DNA from: Candidatus Nanoarchaeia archaeon | GTDB taxonomy: Archaea; Nanobdellota; Nanobdellia; Pacearchaeales; GW2011-AR1 | DNA length: 64,000 bases | Direction of reading: 5' to 3' | NCBI GenBank assembly: GCA_028713045.1 | Contig: JAQTOY010000002.1 | Location: 60 to 64,059, forward strand | In this document: positions 26,958 through 35,274 of the stretch, piece by piece | Position numbering within the stretch: the first letter of the stretch is position 1 | How the letters are laid out: each line of letters begins with the position of its first letter | Program-made: the position numbers and the translations under genes | Notes under the pieces: generated by a model | The model's database searches: none | What the model saw: the letters and a program-made list of their open reading frames with translations, nothing else | What the model was told of the DNA's origin: nothing

Positions 26958-28342
26958 TGTTGAACACCTCGGGTTTCTGTTAAATCATGAATATTAGTTT
27001 TAATTAAACCCCTTCTGCCAACTTCGGCTTCAGTTATTGGAGTCATCCCTTCAATATTTCTATGATGAGAACCAGGACTCATTCCATTTTGCAGAGTTCC
27101 AACTCCATCTATCATTATATAATCAACAACATTTTCCGTCCAGGGTCTTGTTGATGTAGGTTTATAATCTAAAGGACCACAAAATGTTTGTGGATGACCT
27201 AAACGAAATTCATGATTAACAAACAAAAAATCTCCATTAACCTGAATTTTAGAAACTTCTACTCCTAAATCCGAATACTTCAGAAAAACTCCAACCTCGG
27301 GAGGATTTTCAAACGGATAATATAAATTCGGATCGGTTAAAGATCTCATTGCATAAGGAGGAGGTTTGATATAAACATAAAGACATTGATGTTTTCTGTC
27401 TTCTCCATAATCTCGTTCTCCTGGAAATGCATATGGAAAAAAATGAATTCCACTGTTTTCATGGCAAATATCAGTTTCTGATAATTTTACATTTCCTTTT
27501 AATCTAGAGCAAAATTCAATGAATTCATCAACTCTTTTTGCATTCAATGTTCTTGCTGCTTCATTTAAATAATTTTGAGTTCTAAACCCCTGGTATTTTT
27601 TAACATATTCTTCTGGAGTTATTTCCCCTCGTTTTCTGAATAATCTTCTATTGCCTCTTTTATCAACAACTTCAACATTTCCAACAAATTTTCTTGGCTC
27701 TAATTCATAAATTACAGGCTTAACTTCATCATGACGAAATCCAGGTTTTTCATAGATTAATAAATTCGGATTAAAATCAAAACTATCTGATAATTCTAAA
27801 TGCCTGTCAATGCCAGTTCTTTCTTCAAAATCCTGGTCTGCCTCAGCCTGTTCTGCCTGTTCTTTTTTCAATAAATCTGATATGCTTCTTCTGACCATTT
27901 GCCTTGTTAATCTTCTTTTTGAAGTGCTCTCTGAAATCATTCCTAAAAATTCTCTTTTTCTTAATTCCAATAATTCGCTTCTTGGAGTAGTTGCAATCCG
28001 GCTGTCAAATTCCATTAAAGCAGGCAAAACATCACTAAAAACATGAAATAACAATAAACTCTGGTCTTTTGACATTTCTATATCCATTAAGGTTTGAAAT
28101 GCCCTTTCAACTGCCTTAGCCTTAAATTCATTAATATTAAGAGCATTGCAAACAGAATCGCAATGGCAAATATTTTCAAGACGTCCTTCATAAGACAATG
28201 ACCCGAGAACTTTGCCTTCAACTTTTAAAACCCCAGAGTTAGGAATTCTTGAAGAATGCAGAAGATAACAATGGCCATTTAAAATTATTCCATGATGACC
28301 GATTAATCTTTCAAAACCATAAAATTGTAATTTGTCAATCAT
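26954..28342 (-). CDS. protein with a C-terminal E2/UBC-like (or UEV/RWD-like) region; N-terminal part unknown
   Basis: CLYVYIKPPP...YYPFENPPEVGVFLK resembles the canonical E2 segment F.L.I.FP.DYPFKPPKV.F. It is followed by GHPQTFCGP (His-Pro plus Cys). The spacing is atypical. Confidence 0.45.
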   Translation of the reverse strand: MIDKLQFYGFERLIGHHGIILNGHCYLLHSSRIPNSGVLKVEGKVLGSLSYEGRLENICHCDSVCNALNINEFKAKAVERAFQTLMDIEMSKDQSLLLFHVFSDVLPALMEFDSRIATTPRSELLELRKREFLGMISESTSKRRLTRQMVRRSISDLLKKEQAEQAEADQDFEERTGIDRHLELSDSFDFNPNLLIYEKPGFRHDEVKPVIYELEPRKFVGNVEVVDKRGNRRLFRKRGEITPEEYVKKYQGFRTQNYLNEAARTLNAKRVDEFIEFCSRLKGNVKLSETDICHENSGIHFFPYAFPGERDYGEDRKHQCLYVYIKPPPYAMRSLTDPNLYYPFENPPEVGVFLKYSDLGVEVSKIQVNGDFLFVNHEFRLGHPQTFCGPLDYKPTSTRPWTENVVDYIMIDGVGTLQNGMSPGSHHRNIEGMTPITEAEVGRRGLIKTNIHDLTETRGVQQ

Positions 28343-28396
28343 ATGAGGAGCTTAGGATAATATTTAAGTCCCTCTTTTAAAACCTAATGCCCTAAA

Positions 28397-30022
28397 TCAA
28401 CCAGTCGGTCTTCCAGCAGTAGCAGTTGCAGTGGTTGTATAGGCAGTATGCTTTTTCCTTTCTGGAGGGGGCGAAGGTTTATCTCTATCTTTTGGTTTAT
28501 CAGGCTCTGTTATTGTTAACTCACTTTTATATTCTGTAAACACCGTTCTGAATGGAACAGTTAAATCATATCTTTGACCATTAAAAAATACAGTATGGTC
28601 TCCTCTTTGTCTTTTTAAAAATTCTTTTGCATTGTCACGGTCGCGTGGCTGCGTAAAATGAGATTCATCAGCTAAATATTCATAAAAATCCCCGACAGTC
28701 TGAGGTAAAGCATCTTCTGGAAAAACAATACCTAACGCGGCTTGTCCTAACTTAATTCTAACTCCATAATGTTTTACTTCAGGAATATCCTCTCCAGGTT
28801 TGCTTGTAGCAGTTTGTCCAACAACGCCAGGAGTTGCAACAGCAGCTGCTGAAGAATCTGCAAGAGTTGATTCAAGTCCTTTTCTTCCAACAGGAGTTCT
28901 ACTGCTTGCATCATCTAATGAAACCTGACTAGTTAAATCAATACTAGGCCCGCTAATGCCGGAATCTGTAGTTTGAGTTAATTTTGGTAAAACTGGTTCA
29001 TAACCTTTTTCTATTTGTGTTTCCTTAAAAGCACCTGCGGCTTTTTCTAATTCCTTTAACTTAGGTAAAAATTCCGCTCTAGATTTAGCAACTCTTGGAG
29101 AAACTTGTTCAAATCTTAATCTAGCAGGATTTCTTTCCGGAAGTCTTTTTACAGAGGAGTTTGTAAGCGCTTTTTCAGCATCTTTACTCTGTTGAGTATA
29201 ACTGGTATTTGCAGTTTGATAAGTTTGAACAACTGCCTCAGAAGCTAAATATGCAGGAGTTAATAAACTTCCAAAAGCAGCTGTACTTTCTTCAAGTGTT
29301 CTTACAAAATTCTCTAAAGTTATTGTTGCATCAACAACTTCAACAACGAGCTTAGGTTCAACAGTTGTTTTGATAAGTTTCGGTTTTCTTTGAGGCGGTT
29401 GTGCAGGAGCAGTAGGTTTAGCAGGAGATGCACTAGGTTTAGCTGAAACTCCTAACTCTTTTGCAGCATCTTCAAGAGAAAGAAGTGAGCCATTATAAAG
29501 CCCTGCTCTAGATAATTCTGAATCAATTTTAGCATATTGGAATTTGCTAGTATCCGGTTTAGTTTTTTGTCCTCTTAAGAATAATCTTCTGCCTTGTTTT
29601 AAATCCACTGAATAATCTCTTCCAGCCTCTCTTGGAGCATCAACCTTTATCAATTTAACAATAGTTCCAGTTTGATAATGAGCAGGACCTGAGCCATATT
29701 TCGCAGCAACCGCCTTTGCAAGTTCGTTTGGAACAGAAGCAACAGCAACTCTTGCAGGTTGGGGTGCCTTAACCTCGTCATAATCAACAGCAAGTTCTTG
29801 AGGTAATAATGCTTCAACATAATGATAATTTCTTACAGTATCTGCTGATTTCATTCCCTCAGCATCATGGGCGATTTTCTCTAAATTCACTCTTGCAGTA
29901 CGAATACCTTGGTTTCCTAGAAATCCAGCCTGACATTGAGAATATAATTCAGCAAGAGATTTTGAATGCGGATATCCTTGCATTGGTTTTCCATTAGGTC
30001 CTGTAATAACTTGCTGAGACAT
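28397..30022 (-). CDS. 541-aa low-complexity protein with a ubiquitin-like segment near the C-terminus and a terminal Gly; first gene of the operon
   Basis: HTVFFNGQRYDLTVPFRTVFTEYKSELTITE aligns with ubiquitin [31 protein letters not shown]. The ORF ends ...ATAGRPTG-stop. A/P/S/T-rich linkers. Confidence 0.6.
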   Translation of the reverse strand: MSQQVITGPNGKPMQGYPHSKSLAELYSQCQAGFLGNQGIRTARVNLEKIAHDAEGMKSADTVRNYHYVEALLPQELAVDYDEVKAPQPARVAVASVPNELAKAVAAKYGSGPAHYQTGTIVKLIKVDAPREAGRDYSVDLKQGRRLFLRGQKTKPDTSKFQYAKIDSELSRAGLYNGSLLSLEDAAKELGVSAKPSASPAKPTAPAQPPQRKPKLIKTTVEPKLVVEVVDATITLENFVRTLEESTAAFGSLLTPAYLASEAVVQTYQTANTSYTQQSKDAEKALTNSSVKRLPERNPARLRFEQVSPRVAKSRAEFLPKLKELEKAAGAFKETQIEKGYEPVLPKLTQTTDSGISGPSIDLTSQVSLDDASSRTPVGRKGLESTLADSSAAAVATPGVVGQTATSKPGEDIPEVKHYGVRIKLGQAALGIVFPEDALPQTVGDFYEYLADESHFTQPRDRDNAKEFLKRQRGDHTVFFNGQRYDLTVPFRTVFTEYKSELTITEPDKPKDRDKPSPPPERKKHTAYTTTATATAGRPTG

Positions 30023-30050
30023 TTTCAGTTATTTTTTCTAGAAATTGATT

Positions 30051-30058
30051 CTTTAAAA
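30051..30058 (-). promoter_or_regulatory. TATA-like box for the Ubl-type operon
   Basis: TTTTAAAG on the minus strand, 29-36 nt upstream of the ATG at 30022. Other TTTATAAA boxes in the window sit at the same distance from their start codons. Confidence 0.35.
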
Positions 30059-30122
30059 GCTTTATGTTGATGAAGTCTCATCTTATCAAAAGTTTTTTAA
30101 ACCATTTTTTATTGGTTATATT

Positions 30123-30662
30123 ATGCAAAAGAAACTTCATCAAGGAGCAAGATGGTCATTTAGAATAAGGGCTTATCTTACAATGATATTTTTAGCTTTC
30201 TTTGTAAGCTGGTTCATAGCTCCACTTTTTGCAGTTATTTCTTCATTATTATTTGGTAAAAATACGGTTCCCGCAGTAATCTTTGCAATAATTTTTTTCG
30301 GAGTTTTTTATATCATATTAATAATAGTGATAGGAGAGATTTATGCAAGAATGGCCTATAATCGATGGTTCTACGAATTTACAGATGGGCAGTTAAGGAT
30401 GGAAAGAGGAATAATCTGGAAAAGATATTCCAACCTTCCATATGAAAGAGTGCAAAATGTTGATATAACAAGAGGAATCTTGGCAAGAATGCTCGGTTTT
30501 TCAACAGTCCATATACAAACCGCAGGTTTTTCCTACACTCCTAATGCAAGAGGAATGGGTTCAGAGGGTTATATCCCTGCAGTTACAATACCTGAAGCAG
30601 AACATATTAGAGAATTCTTGATGAAAAAGATTTCCAAGAATGGAAGAAATCAGGGATTGTGA
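30123..30662 (+). CDS. bacterial-PH (bPH_2 / YdbS-YdbT-like) membrane protein
   Basis: Two TM helices, then FTDGQLRMERGIIWKRYSNLPYERVQNVDITRGILARMLGFSTVHIQTAG. Confidence 0.7.
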   Translation: MQKKLHQGARWSFRIRAYLTMIFLAFFVSWFIAPLFAVISSLLFGKNTVPAVIFAIIFFGVFYIILIIVIGEIYARMAYNRWFYEFTDGQLRMERGIIWKRYSNLPYERVQNVDITRGILARMLGFSTVHIQTAGFSYTPNARGMGSEGYIPAVTIPEAEHIREFLMKKISKNGRNQGL

Positions 30663-30851
30663 AAACATTAATGAAATTTATTCAGTTTTTAGCAAGACTA
30701 AATTTCTGAGGATTCTAGTTAATGTCAATAAAATTTAAAGTTAAGGATAGTATGAAAAGTTTTGATTGTTGATTTCTTAATATATTTTGCATGAGGCTAA
30801 TAATTTATCAAAAAATTAAATCGTGACAAAATCTGATTTAAATTTCATATA

Positions 30852-31502
30852 TTAACCCAGCGTTTTCTGCCCCTTCATCTTAGCATGATTCTTGAAAGTG
30901 CTCCACGAGTGGCGAAAGATTTCTGGATGCTTATTCCAGTTTTCTTTTATGAATTTTTGAGTTACTGCATTTGCAGGATATCCAGGACCAATATCTCCAT
31001 ACTTTTCTTTTAACTTTTCAACTTCTTCTTCACGACGGACTTTGGCTATTATCGATGCAGCAGAGCATACAGGATAATTGACATCTGCTTTATGTTCAAC
31101 AATCAATTTTATATCTTTCAATTCCTTATCCAATAAATTCCTAAGATAATCTTCAAATTTTTTTGGAATCGGATGTGGACAGTCAATTATAACAACATCA
31201 GGTTTCATTTCATTTATTATTTCCGCTTGTTTATATGCCTCCAACCAATTAAGATTCATATTTTTTTTATCATTCCCATCAACTGCTGCATCAATTTCCT
31301 TGGGAGAAACTTCAATAATCTTAAATTCAGAATGTTCTTGAATAAGATGATTTAATTCTATTCTTTTCTTATGAGTAAGAAGTTTTGAATCCTTTACAGC
31401 CCCAAGAAGAACTTCCTTTCCATCTTGTATCATTACTCCTGCAATAATCATCGGACCAATGACAGGACCTCTTCCAGCCTCATCAATACCCAATAGTTTC
31501 AT
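30852..31502 (-). CDS. rnhB: ribonuclease HII
   Basis: N-terminal LGIDEAGRGPVIGPMIIAGV and downstream DSKLL and catalytic blocks. Confidence 0.9.
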   Translation of the reverse strand: MKLLGIDEAGRGPVIGPMIIAGVMIQDGKEVLLGAVKDSKLLTHKKRIELNHLIQEHSEFKIIEVSPKEIDAAVDGNDKKNMNLNWLEAYKQAEIINEMKPDVVIIDCPHPIPKKFEDYLRNLLDKELKDIKLIVEHKADVNYPVCSAASIIAKVRREEEVEKLKEKYGDIGPGYPANAVTQKFIKENWNKHPEIFRHSWSTFKNHAKMKGQKTLG

Positions 31503-31729
31503 GTTTAAATCCTGTTTTTGATAAAACTTTTTACAAAAAGTTTTGTTTCATAAAATATATTATAAATCAAGAGTTATAAAGGTTTTCGAAATAATTTTAA
31601 AATAATAATTAGTTTTAGATTTAAATCCTCAGTCTCGCACATTTTTATAATTAGCGTTAATGACCAAATTAGTGAAAAGAAGATTGAACTAAAATAAATT
31701 GAATATAGCGAAAGAATTATTCAATATTT

Positions 31730-32287
31730 CTACAAATCAATCTCTGGCATCTTTTTTTCAGATTCAGATATTTTCAAATATTCTTTTTCTTTTCTTCCAA
31801 ATAATCTAAAGAATATAACTCCAGGGAAAACCTTTGATGCGTTTTGCAATGCAAATACAGAATCGTTATAATACTGTCTTGAATAAGCAACCTTGTCCTC
31901 TATTGCAGACAATTCGTTTTGCAACTGTAAAAAGTTTTCATTTGCCTTTAGATTAGGGTAATTTTCAGCTATTGCAAACAATCTCCCCAATGCATTTTGC
32001 AAAGCATCTCCTGCTTTTACTTTTTCAGAGATATTCCCTGCACTTACGAGAGCGCTTCTAGCTTTTGCTACAGCATCCATTATGCCTTTTTCATGTTTCG
32101 CATAACCTTTAACAACTTTTACAAGTGCAGGAACCAAGTCAGCTCTTTTCTTTAATTGAACATCAATCTGCGCCAGACTATTATCTATCCTGTTTTCAAG
32201 AATTACGAATCTATTGTAATAATAGAACAATGCTGCAATTATTATTACAACTAAAGCAATTATGACAATTAAAAACCAAGCAACCAT
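31730..32287 (-). CDS. lemA: LemA family protein
   Basis: N-terminal TM helix, then YNRFV.LENRIDNSLAQIDVQLKRRADLVP and NYPNLKANENFLQLQNEL. Confidence 0.85.
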   Translation of the reverse strand: MVAWFLIVIIALVVIIIAALFYYYNRFVILENRIDNSLAQIDVQLKKRADLVPALVKVVKGYAKHEKGIMDAVAKARSALVSAGNISEKVKAGDALQNALGRLFAIAENYPNLKANENFLQLQNELSAIEDKVAYSRQYYNDSVFALQNASKVFPGVIFFRLFGRKEKEYLKISESEKKMPEIDL

Positions 32288-32780
32288 GAATTAGATTATA
32301 ATTGTTTGTTTATAAATTTTATGGATTTTTGTTATCACCGTCGCAAAATAATCCTGAACATAAACATTTATAAACTATCAATCTAATATAAATTTAAGAA
32401 AAAAATGAGGTTTTAAAATGTCTAGCGACGATTTAGATGATATGGAAGATTTAGATCTTGACGAAGACGAACAGTAGTTTTATTTTTTCCTTTTATTTTT
32501 AATATAATTTTTACTGCACCAAAAAAATTAAGTTTTTTTTGAGTGTTCCTTTTTTTATTTATGATTTTAGTTTTTTGATTTAATATTGTTTTAGAATTTA
32601 TTTTATTAATGCTCATGCATGATTAGTTATGTAAAGATAGCAATAAAAAATCAACCAATAACTCTATGCCGTACAATCACAACTTACCTATCCTACAATA
32701 AGCTAATTTTAAGAATATTAAACAAAAAATTTATAATATTCTTTATTAATTCAGAACTCTTTTCCAATTTTAATGCAAAC

Positions 32781-34067
32781 TTAGATTACCTTAGCTTTCA
32801 ATTCAGTGCAAACTCCAGCTGCAACTGTTGCACCAGCATCTCTTATTGCAAATCTTGCCATATGAGGATTAACTTTTGAAGTTTCAATAACTAAGTTACC
32901 CATTGGTTTAATTTTAACAATAGCAACATCTCCATTCTTTATGAAATCTACTTTTCCAGGCATAGGTTGTCCTGATGTTGGATCGATTTTATGCATTATT
33001 TCTAAAAATTGACAAGGAACCTGTGCTGTATGAATATGGAAAACAGGAGTATATCCTTTTGCAATTACAGTTGGGTGGTTTATTACTGCAATTTGAGCTG
33101 TGAATTCTTCTGCAATTGTAGCTGGTTGTGCTGCATCGCAGATTACGTCTCCTCTTGCAACATCTTTCTTTCCAATTCCTTTTATATTGACTCCAACATT
33201 GCATCCCGCAGGAGCTTCTTTCATCTGTTCATGGTGCATTTCAATTGATTTTATTTCTCCATCAATTCCTCTTCCGCTTCTTCCAGGTAATATCTTGATT
33301 TTTTGCCCAACTTTTAATATTCCAGTTTCAATTTTTCCAACCGGAACAACTCCGATTCCAGTGATTTCATAAACATCTTGCAAAGGCATTCTTACTGGAA
33401 GTTCAGTTGGTTTTTTAGGTTCATCAAATAAATCCAATTGTTCGTATATTGTAGGCCCTTTATACCAAGGCATATTTGTAGATTTTTTATAAATATTATC
33501 TCCCTTTAATCCTGAAACAGCCAAGAATAATGTTTTTTCAGGGTTGATTCCAACTGCTTTTAACAAATCAGAAACTTCCTTTTTAACTTTTTCAAAAGCA
33601 TCTTGTTTGTAATCAACAGCATCCATTTTATTAATTGAAACTGCGATTTGCTGAACACCCATTGTTCTTAACAGCCATAAGTGTTCCTTAGTTTGAGGTT
33701 GAACTCCATCTTTTGCAGATATTGTTAAGAATGCAGCATCAGCTTGTGAAGCACCTGTAATCATGTTTTTTACAAAATCTTTGTGTCCAGGAGCGTCGAT
33801 TATTGTAACCTGTCTTTTAGGTGTGATTATTTTCTTGTAAGACAAGTCAATTGTAACTCCTCTTTCTCTTTCTTCTTTAATATTATCCATTACAAAAGCG
33901 AATTCAAAACCAGCTTTTCCAAGCTTTTTAGCCTCTTCTGTAAGTTTCTTCATTTCCTGTTCTGGAATTATTCCAGAATCAAACATAAGTCTACCTACGC
34001 AAGTTGATTTTCCATGGTCTACATGACCTACAAAAACGACATTCATTGTTGGTTTTTCTGCTGCCAT
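32781..34067 (-). CDS. tuf: translation elongation factor aEF-1alpha
   Basis: GHVDHGKST, DAPGH, NKMD and the rest of the GTPase and beta-barrel domains. Confidence 0.95.
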   Translation of the reverse strand: MAAEKPTMNVVFVGHVDHGKSTCVGRLMFDSGIIPEQEMKKLTEEAKKLGKAGFEFAFVMDNIKEERERGVTIDLSYKKIITPKRQVTIIDAPGHKDFVKNMITGASQADAAFLTISAKDGVQPQTKEHLWLLRTMGVQQIAVSINKMDAVDYKQDAFEKVKKEVSDLLKAVGINPEKTLFLAVSGLKGDNIYKKSTNMPWYKGPTIYEQLDLFDEPKKPTELPVRMPLQDVYEITGIGVVPVGKIETGILKVGQKIKILPGRSGRGIDGEIKSIEMHHEQMKEAPAGCNVGVNIKGIGKKDVARGDVICDAAQPATIAEEFTAQIAVINHPTVIAKGYTPVFHIHTAQVPCQFLEIMHKIDPTSGQPMPGKVDFIKNGDVAIVKIKPMGNLVIETSKVNPHMARFAIRDAGATVAAGVCTELKAKVI

Positions 34068-34159
34068 TTTGATTTGAGTTTTACGAAATTTAAAATTTTT
34101 AGTAATTATATAATTAAAAACGAGGTTTATAAATATTTCGATTTCTTTAAGGGAATTTA

Positions 34160-34387
34160 TTAATCAAACCCCCTAAGGCGTTTAAAAATAACCAATGCAA
34201 CAAGCATGGCTCCAATTAAAAATATAAAAAATCCACTAAAAACAATCAAAGGCATAAAGGTTTGAAATTGTTCTTCTATTTTCAGGCTTCCTGAAATTGA
34301 GATCATGGAGTATATTACAGAAAGCACAAGAAAAAACAAAATCAATCCCAATAATGCTAAAACTCCTAAATTATTGCTCGATTTCAT
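34160..34387 (-). CDS. small membrane protein (2 TM)
   Basis: Two hydrophobic helices in 75 aa. Confidence 0.45.
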   Translation of the reverse strand: MKSSNNLGVLALLGLILFFLVLSVIYSMISISGSLKIEEQFQTFMPLIVFSGFFIFLIGAMLVALVIFKRLRGFD

Positions 34388-34440
34388 AAACTTAAATATA
34401 TTATAAAATATATAAAGATAATTTTGATAGAATATATATC

Positions 34441-35253
34441 ATGCAACTCTTAATCAATCAAATCCTAGAGAAAGTAAAGCAGAATAAAAAATATAGGACA
34501 ATCTCTGATGAGATTGTTCTTGATGAAATCCAAAATTATCTAAAGAAAAATCCAAATGAATCTGTAAACGATTTGATGATAAAATCAATACGGAAAAATC
34601 TCCATAGATTATATTCAAGTTACTCGAGAGGAAAAAAACATAAGAAAAATAAATTATTGGAAGAGTTAAGGAAAAACCAAAATGATCTAGAAATAATTAA
34701 AAAAATATTAGGAACTGTTGTTTCAGCAAAAGAAAGATTATATGAATATGAAAAAATCTATTCAGAAATTTTTAAGATAACTGGAAAACCTGCAACAATT
34801 CTAGATTTAGGTTGCGGTTTAAATCCTATTTCTTTTCCATTCATGAATCTAAAAAAGCTGGATTATTATGCATATGATATTGATGAGGAGGATATTCAAT
34901 TTCTTAATGAATATTTTAAGTTAATGAAATCCAAAGGATTAAATGGAAGAGCGCAAATATTGAATGTTCGAGATTTTGAAAAAATATCGAAATTACCTTC
35001 CTCAGATTTAATATTTTTATTGAAAATAATAGACTTGATTGATATTAACAATCACAAATCAAGCGAAGAGCTGATAAAAATTCTAATCAAAAAAACAAGA
35101 TTCATTGTTGCAAGCTTTGCAACAAGAACAATTTCGGGAAAGCCGATGAATCTTCCTAGAAGAAGGGGCTTTGAATTCATGTTAAAAAGAATCGGGTTGA
35201 AGTTTGAAACTTTCTCAATAAAAAACGAAGTTTTTTATGTGATAAGCAAATAA
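34441..35253 (+). CDS. FmrO/Rmt-Arm family 16S rRNA methyltransferase-like protein
   Basis: SAKERLYEYEKIYSEIF...ILDLGCGLNPISFPFM resembles the TRERL...DxACGLNPL signature I recall from RmtB/ArmA-type G1405 methyltransferases. Confidence 0.55.
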   Translation: MQLLINQILEKVKQNKKYRTISDEIVLDEIQNYLKKNPNESVNDLMIKSIRKNLHRLYSSYSRGKKHKKNKLLEELRKNQNDLEIIKKILGTVVSAKERLYEYEKIYSEIFKITGKPATILDLGCGLNPISFPFMNLKKLDYYAYDIDEEDIQFLNEYFKLMKSKGLNGRAQILNVRDFEKISKLPSSDLIFLLKIIDLIDINNHKSSEELIKILIKKTRFIVASFATRTISGKPMNLPRRRGFEFMLKRIGLKFETFSIKNEVFYVISK

Positions 35254-35274
35254 GATGAATCTCCAGTTAATAGT

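Noticed and set aside
32422-32616. Lys-rich 64-aa ORF at the position where rps10 would be expected downstream of EF-1alpha
   Set aside because: The sequence does not resemble S10. The extreme K/N/I content is what an A-rich spacer translates to. No promoter or coupling signal is evident.
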